From Octopus sinensis (lineage: Eukaryota), in assembly GCF_006345805.1 (NCBI RefSeq), contig NW_021833450.1, positions 1-64,000 on the forward strand: 64,000 nucleotides of DNA, written 5' to 3'. Each line of letters opens with the position of its first letter. Position 1 is the first letter of the stretch. Shown here piece by piece: positions 57,628 through 64,000 of this stretch. The notes under the pieces were generated by a model that worked only from the letters and a program-made list of their open reading frames with translations, was not told where the DNA came from and searched no databases. Both the position numbers and the translations under genes were made by a program.

Positions 57628-58200
57628 ACAGTGTCACCTGAACTTTCTGACCAAGATACTTTCATGGAATGTGACCAAAAAAGTTATTTTTCAACTTGCA
57701 CCACACCCCTTGCGCTCAATGCTCCTCTTTCATTGGCGTTGCACTACTTGGATCCCACGGGAGGAAGAAGTTTTCATCCTGTTGATAAAAAAATACATTG
57801 ACACCAGATATGGCGTCATCGTCCCTGCGATACCGGCACCGATGAGCAGAAACCTTCGTCATGCCTGTCTCATTGTGCAGAATATTTGCAACTCTCCCAC
57901 GGGATATGCTAACAGCATTGGCTATTTGATTTATAGTCGATCGCCTGTCATGTACCAGCATGTGGTGAACACAACCAATGTTTTCCTCGGTGGTCACAGT
58001 TGCAGGTCGTCCAGACCTGGGATTATCTCCATTCCCCTCCTAAATTCAGATGCCTACTTTTGCAGCGAGGGTAAGGTTGGGACGTCAGCCCCTTCTCTAT
58101 TGGGAATATTATCGTCCACGAATATGGGTGGGGTGGGGGAGCATGTGATTACGCGTGTGTAGCGTGTATTTAATACATCAAAATTTCAGCTTAGTTATTG
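57628..58200 (-). mobile_element. Internally deleted mariner
   Basis: SGRPATVTTEENI...HDRRSTINQIA joined directly to the C-terminal DDDAISGVNVFFYQQDENFF. Confidence 0.75.
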
Positions 58201-58829
58201 CAGAGGGAATGCTCACAAATCACAATATTTGACACAATAAAAACGATGATTCAAAGCGATAATGATTCACAGAACTTAGGAGTAATCATGTGCATTTTTC
58301 ATCAACCACATCACCAAACTGACATCTAAACGCATCACACACACACACACACACACACCACACACACACACACATATATTTCGTTTTTGGATTTCGTTTG
58401 CAAGATTCTTCATGTGGGTTCGTGTGTTGTTGAGAGTCAACAACTATCGAAAAGGTTGCAAGACGCAACGAAAATTTTAGAAAAATAAATAAATGAGTGG
58501 AAATTTTACCGGTGTGGGTGTTAAATTATAAGGCACTAAAAGAGAATGACTCTCCCCAGACACAACAGTATATACATATATAATGTCTTTCTGTGCAATA
58601 TCTTATGGTTGTTGGTTACTGTAATTCTACGACTGTCCTTCTGTTCCCACTCACAGTGACAATCCACACACACCGGTCAACATCTGGTGTGACATTGTCT
58701 TTCATTTCTATGAATTTCTCTATCCTTCTCCTATCCCATTATCTCACCCCTCTTGTTTGCAAAACCTTCTCTGTCTATTTCTGTTTGCCTCTCCCCTTCT
58801 CTCTCTACGTATCCGCTGCCTTTTTTCCT

Positions 58830-59140
58830 TTAATGTGGTATGAAAGAAAGAAAAGTGGTGAATCTAGTTGAGTTAACTGTTTCTCATAACGATAACATGG
58901 ATGCCACTCGGGATCGAAAGATTGATCGTTATGTAAACCTGATCGAGGAATGTGAAGACGCAGGCTGGAAAGCGGAGCATTTTCCAATCGAAGTCGGATG
59001 TAAAGGATTTGTTGTACACAGTGTGAGACGACTGTTGTTATCGTTAGGTCTAACTCATCGTAAGATCAATACCACCATGACCGATATCCAAACTACAGTG
59101 GAAAGGCTAGCCACTGGATTTGGTTAAAAGTGACGATGAA
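58830..59140 (+). mobile_element. 3' fragment of a HERO/NeSL-like LINE (restriction-like endonuclease)
   Basis: VELTVSH...RKIDRYVNLIEECEDAGWKAEHFPIEVGCKGF. Confidence 0.7.
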
Positions 59141-59879
59141 TGATGGCTAGAAGAATATTGAACTATATCTGATAACCAGTTAATATAGCAAACGGGGACT
59201 CATATCAGTGAGGAGGGCCTATACGCAATGATGCCGTCGAAAGGTAGGCCTTAAAATGGCGCGTATTCTCTTCTAATAACCCTATACACTTGCTGGCTTC
59301 TGGTCTGCGAAGTTTTCGCCAAGTAGTACTTGCAAAACACTTCCAGTTTCTTCCTCTGTCCATCAACTACCTATTGTCTATCCTTATTCCCATATTTTCT
59401 TCCCCCTTTCTTCCTACCTGTTCTTCCCCAGTCTTCTCTGCTCCTCTCTATTGGCCCTTCTTCCTTCACTTTTTCGTGCCACGTACCATCCAATGTTTTT
59501 GTCGCCCGTTCTTTTTCTACTTGACCAGTGCATCGGTAAGACGTGTTTTCTTTTCACTCGCCTAGAATTCACTTCCGACCCTCGGGTTGTCTTATCTTTT
59601 CATTTATTCATTCTATCTTTTCTTTCGTTCTATCTTTCTTCTCTTCTATGCCATTATTCTATCCTTCTCCCGAGTCCTTTCGGATATTATTCGAGGTTTT
59701 TTCTCTCTATTTACCTTCACTTTTGAAATATTAAAATTAAGTAAAAACCTTAAATTTGGTGAATTGATATAATTTTCACGCTAAGTCTCAGGCCCCTATT
59801 CACTTGTTCCAGAAAATCATTTAAAAAAGTTTCAGAGGGTTAAAGTTTGGGTTTTTTGCACTTAATCAGAAAACGAAAT

Positions 59880-60185
59880 CTGGAGCTGCCATTTTGTGCG
59901 TGACATTACGACGTCCAAACATTCACGACAGCATTACGACGGCAAAACATGTTTTAAACATCTGTATGTATGTTTATAACAAATATTTGTCGATTTTCAT
60001 TTTTTTTATGTCCTGTGTGTGACTGACTTTGAACTGGATGACTACCCTCTTTATTTTAATGATTTGGTCCTATCTGATAATCATGCTTCCCAACAGGAAA
60101 AACCACTTGGCTGAGAAGCAGTATCGCAGTGATGTCATATCTGCTGTTGATGACTTTTTCGATCAACAGGATGGCTTCTTCTGTT
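59880..60185 (+). mobile_element. Mariner deletion-derivative fragment
   Basis: HLAEKQYRSDVISAVDDFFDQQDGFF, matching the C-terminus of the 57628 element. Confidence 0.55.
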
Positions 60186-60468
60186 CTATATTTAAGAGAT
60201 GAGGTATTATGTACATTATTTACATTATTTACATTTGACGATATTTGTCCTCATCTTGTTTGTGGATACACAACGTTTCAGCTGATATACCTTCCACTTT
60301 CATTTCATAGGTGTTGTGGGAAATTTCGAACCTGGGTTCTCATTTCTAAGACATTTTTTCGATCTTCTTCTTCTTCTCTCTTCTTCTTTCTCTTCTTTCT
60401 TCTTCTTCTTCTCTTCTTCTTCTTCTTCTTTTCTTCCTTCTTCTTCTTTTATTATTATTATTATATTA

Positions 60469-60509
<41 letters not shown>

Positions 60510-60544
60510 TATTATCATTATTATCATTATTATCATTATTATTA

Positions 60545-60593
<49 letters not shown>

Positions 60594-60597
<4 letters not shown>

Positions 60598-60667
60598 TCA
60601 CTGCCTGGAATCGAACTCGGAATCTTGGGGTTAGTAGCCCGCGCTTTTAATCACTACGCCATATGCC
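60594..60667 (-). mobile_element. Minimal tRNA-derived SINE with long (TAA)n/(GAA)n tail (60360-60593)
   Basis: GGCATATGGCGTAGTG...GAGTTCGATTCC A/B boxes; the acceptor stem does not pair. Confidence 0.75.
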
Positions 60668-61899
60668 TACGTGCAGATTGAAAAAATCTACCCTTTTCGT
60701 AAAAACATTTTAGACCTTGGTTTGCACTAGACCAGTAAGCCAATGGGCAACAACAGAAATATCTTAAAGCTCAGCTCCCCAAATCATTACAGTGTTTGAA
60801 TAGAGATTTTGATTAAACCGATACAAAAATTGAAAGTCTTGGCATTGACATTTGACGTAATGCACAGAGAAATAAGGCCGGCATTCAACAGCTTTGAACA
60901 ATCTAGACCAAGTTCTTAGCTTCTTATTAGAAGTAGAATAATGATCCGAAACAAAAGATTAATAGATTGCTCTTCAACATTCATTACATACAACATAAAA
61001 TATCCGATATCCAACGACCATATATTCAAAAATGATAGTTTAGTTTAGGAATTTTGATTGTTTAGGCATTATGTATAAAGGCAGTTGTCAATGTTCCTCC
61101 TCAGAGAGAGCATGCTACATGCCCTTGTGGACTATGATCCTACAAAACGGCAGTAGATCTATTATCACGCCAGAGATAAATAGAAAATAAGATTAGATTA
61201 AGAACTATCAAAATCTAAACCTATGACAACAGCAAAACGCAAAGACGACGATTATAGTGAACAAGGCACAGATACGCCTTTCTCTCTTTCTTTCTCTCCC
61301 CATCTCTCTCTCTCTCTCTCTCTGACTGAATGCTGTGGTTCAAAGGTTGTTTATTGAAAGGCTTGTAACTAACAACACTGTTGTTCATAAAATCGCTATA
61401 AAATGAATAATAAATAGCCTTCCAATTGATTAATGTTGTCAATTAATCAATGATTATTTGTTAATCGCAATTAAATGGAAAAAACAAAACAGAGTCAATC
61501 CTTGGTTTATATCATACCATTGTAATGAATATATTGAACAAAGGACGTTTTAACATTATTAATATCACCTAAGTGCATCTCGGAGTTGTAAATAAGGTAA
61601 CACCAGAACAGGATACTGTAAAACAGGTCAACACTCTTTAATATACTGTAGTAAAAAGTTGGGGTCAGTAATCGGTTCCATTCTCCTCCTCCGTTGCTGA
61701 CTGTGCCACAATTGACCATATACCTTAGTGACAATGGCAGCGAATTGACGAAACGATGAGTTAATGCCCGTTATCACATTCCTCTACGTCTGCTTTTCAA
61801 ATTTGGTTGAACTCGATTTTATCATTTATCCCAGCAGAGTCGATAATATAAGAATCAGTCATACAATTCAAACGATTGTTGCCAGTTCACCCATGCTTG

Positions 61900-62285
61900 C
61901 ATGTATGTATGTATGTAGTATGTATGTATGTAGTATGTATGTATGTATGTATGATGTATGTATGTATGTATGTAATGTATGTATGTATGTATGTATGCAT
62001 GCATGTATGTATGTATGTATGTGTGTATGTATGTATGCATGTATGTATGCATGCATGTATGTATGTATGTATGTATGTATGCATGTATGTATGCATGCAT
62101 GTATGTATGTATGTATGTATGTATGCATGTACGCATGCATGCATGTATGTATGTATGTATGTATGTATGCATGTATACATGCATTCATGCATGTATGTAT
62201 GTATTATGTAGTATGTATGTATGTATGTATGTATGTATGTATGTATGTATGTATGTATGTATGTTGTATGTATGCATGCATGTAT
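61900..62285. repeat. (TATG)n/(CATG) microsatellite (further tracts 62435-62570, 63175-63310)
   Basis: Directly visible. Confidence 0.95.
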
Positions 62286-62589
62286 GCTGCACGATCAATA
62301 TTTCCAACACGCTAACTCGAACTGTGCCTAGACTTCGAAGACCAAGCTATGAACTGCTGACTATGTCAGACTGATACTATTTATATGCATGATCTCGTCT
62401 ATTCTCATCAGAGGTGTCGTACTCACGCCACAACAGTATGTATGTATGTATGTATGTATGTATGTATGTATGTATGTATGTATGTATGTTATGTATGTAT
62501 GTATGCTTGTATGTGCGTATGCATGTATGCATGCATATATGCATGTATGCATGCATGTATGTATGCATTATATGTCAGGTCAGGCCACC

Positions 62590-63160
62590 TGTGAAGTTTC
62601 TCATGAGCGCTACTGGTAACATGAAATCCTGTACAACCTGTTGCAAGGTCAGGTCGTCAACGACTAAACTGACACGTTCATAGGTTAACCTGGCGAGTAA
62701 GATTACTACAAAACCCAACAGGACTAAAAGCAAGACCTTTCAAAAGACCAGATGAACCGGGTGTAAATTCAATGACCATCTAGCCATAGCTTGTGCATTC
62801 AGCTATTCCGAGTTTGTGCCCGACGTACTGGAAAGCCAGTGGGTGTGAGGCACCCTTAGCTTTTGTTAAAGCATGCTTCGAGGAGAAGATCACTTTGATA
62901 TAAAACTGGATATGTAGGGAAAAGGACTTTGAGGAATCTTTTGTTTGCACTTGAGATCATGGCGCTTCCACATTTCTGAGCCTGCAACCCATATTGGCAC
63001 TGGGTATCTTGGCCTGTCTGTGGATCATGCGAATAGGGTGGAAAGGGTCCAAGAGGTGTTGTGCAAGCTTTCTGGACCTGAAAGTTTGTACATATATTGC
63101 TGACATTTTGCATGGGTCATTGTCAGTGATGGTCTGGTCTTCCTCGGTCACAAGTGGACA
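62590..63160 (-). mobile_element. Possible R2/NeSL-like LINE 3' fragment
   Basis: Frameshifted Cys/His-motif-like region (GCRL / KCGSA), followed by weak endonuclease-like motifs. Confidence 0.3.
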
Positions 63161-63339
63161 GCTATCATAATATTATGTATGTATGTATGTATGTATGTAT
63201 GTATGTATGTATGTATGTATGTATGTATGTATGTATGTATGTATGTATGCATGTACGTATGTATGTATGTATGTATGTATGTATGTATGTATGTATGTAT
63301 GTATGTATGTACAAATAGGTGTTGGTAAAAATACTAGAA

Positions 63340-64000
63340 ACATCTTGTTAAATGAGAATTAGTATTTAATAAGAAGTTGGTCCAGATGTGGCACCAATCA
63401 CAGCTTGAACCCGTCGAGGAATTGTCTCCTACAAGTGCTGAACAATTGTTAGAGGAAGTTTGCGCCAGTCTTCAAGTAAAATCTGATTTACTTCTTTCAG
63501 TGACGATTGGAGGAATGCGGCTTCTCCCTTGCCGTCCCAAGATGCTGAACCATAAATCAATCTTCGGTTATATTGAGATCCTGTGATTGGCCAGGGAAGA
63601 CTAATCTAAATGGTCTACTTCACTTTTGAACTCTTTTCGTACCCCTTTTGAATTACATTAACCGTGTGAATCTTTGAAGAAACGTTGTAGGAGTTTTCCC
63701 TACCATCAGGTAACAATGTTTATACCATAAAATGGATATACTTAGATAATCTTTTTCTTTAACTCTGCAATGTAGAACAATCAGAGGGTTAAGGATTTCC
63801 GGTTATAACTGTCTAAATCTTCACAAATGTACTTCTCTAAATGCTTCCCGTTAGGGGCCAGACATTCCGGGTTGAAACATTCCTTGCTTCGTCTCCAGAC
63901 ATAAACTCACTCTAAAGAGAGGAAAATGGTAAATGGTGATTCGTCAGAGATGTCTATGTTCCACTGAACCATTGCCAACTTTTAATAGACTTGACATCGT
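63340..64000 (-). mobile_element. Degraded Tc1-like transposase, running off the window end
   Basis: WNIDISDESPFTIF...YVWRRSKECFNPECL and FPGQSQDLNITE (compare WPxQSPDLNPIE). Confidence 0.75.

Noticed and set aside
60594-60667. tRNA-Ser(ACT)-like gene
   Set aside because: The acceptor stem does not pair, there is no long variable arm, and a microsatellite tail follows, which fits a SINE.
61060-61190. Cys-containing candidate exon GIMYKGSCQCSSSERACYM...
   Set aside because: Weak acceptor, no partner exons, and no second copy to test conservation.

Overview
Eukaryotic, AT-rich, repeat-dense genomic DNA. The SINE types, (TA)n/(TACA)n/(TAA)n load and LINE mix suggest a cephalopod such as Octopus (inference). 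The main structure is a ~49 kb inverted duplication: left arm ~4910-26547, right arm ~29722-53835, spacer ~3.2 kb. Each arm carries a 4-exon gene, missed by the ORF track, for a small secreted protein with a signal peptide and three PAN/Apple-like domains. The left copy is on + (5655-22590) and the right copy on - (53068-32329, intact 241 aa). Promoter and exon 1 are nearly identical between copies, while exons 2-3 differ almost only at replacement sites, and left exon 4 is frameshifted. Near the palindrome centre is a second duplicated gene start (signal peptide + DTSCKWGC...) cut by the inner breakpoint. Several type I hammerhead ribozyme folds are readable, including a sense-strand one in intron 3 of each PAN gene and a palindromic double hammerhead. 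The rest is decayed mobile DNA: CR1-like, L1/Tx1, a train of Dong/R4 LINEs between (TAA)n tracts, Penelope-like, HERO-like, Tc1/mariner, pogo, Helitron-like, SINEs and MITEs. All alignments and counts were done by eye; no database search was run.
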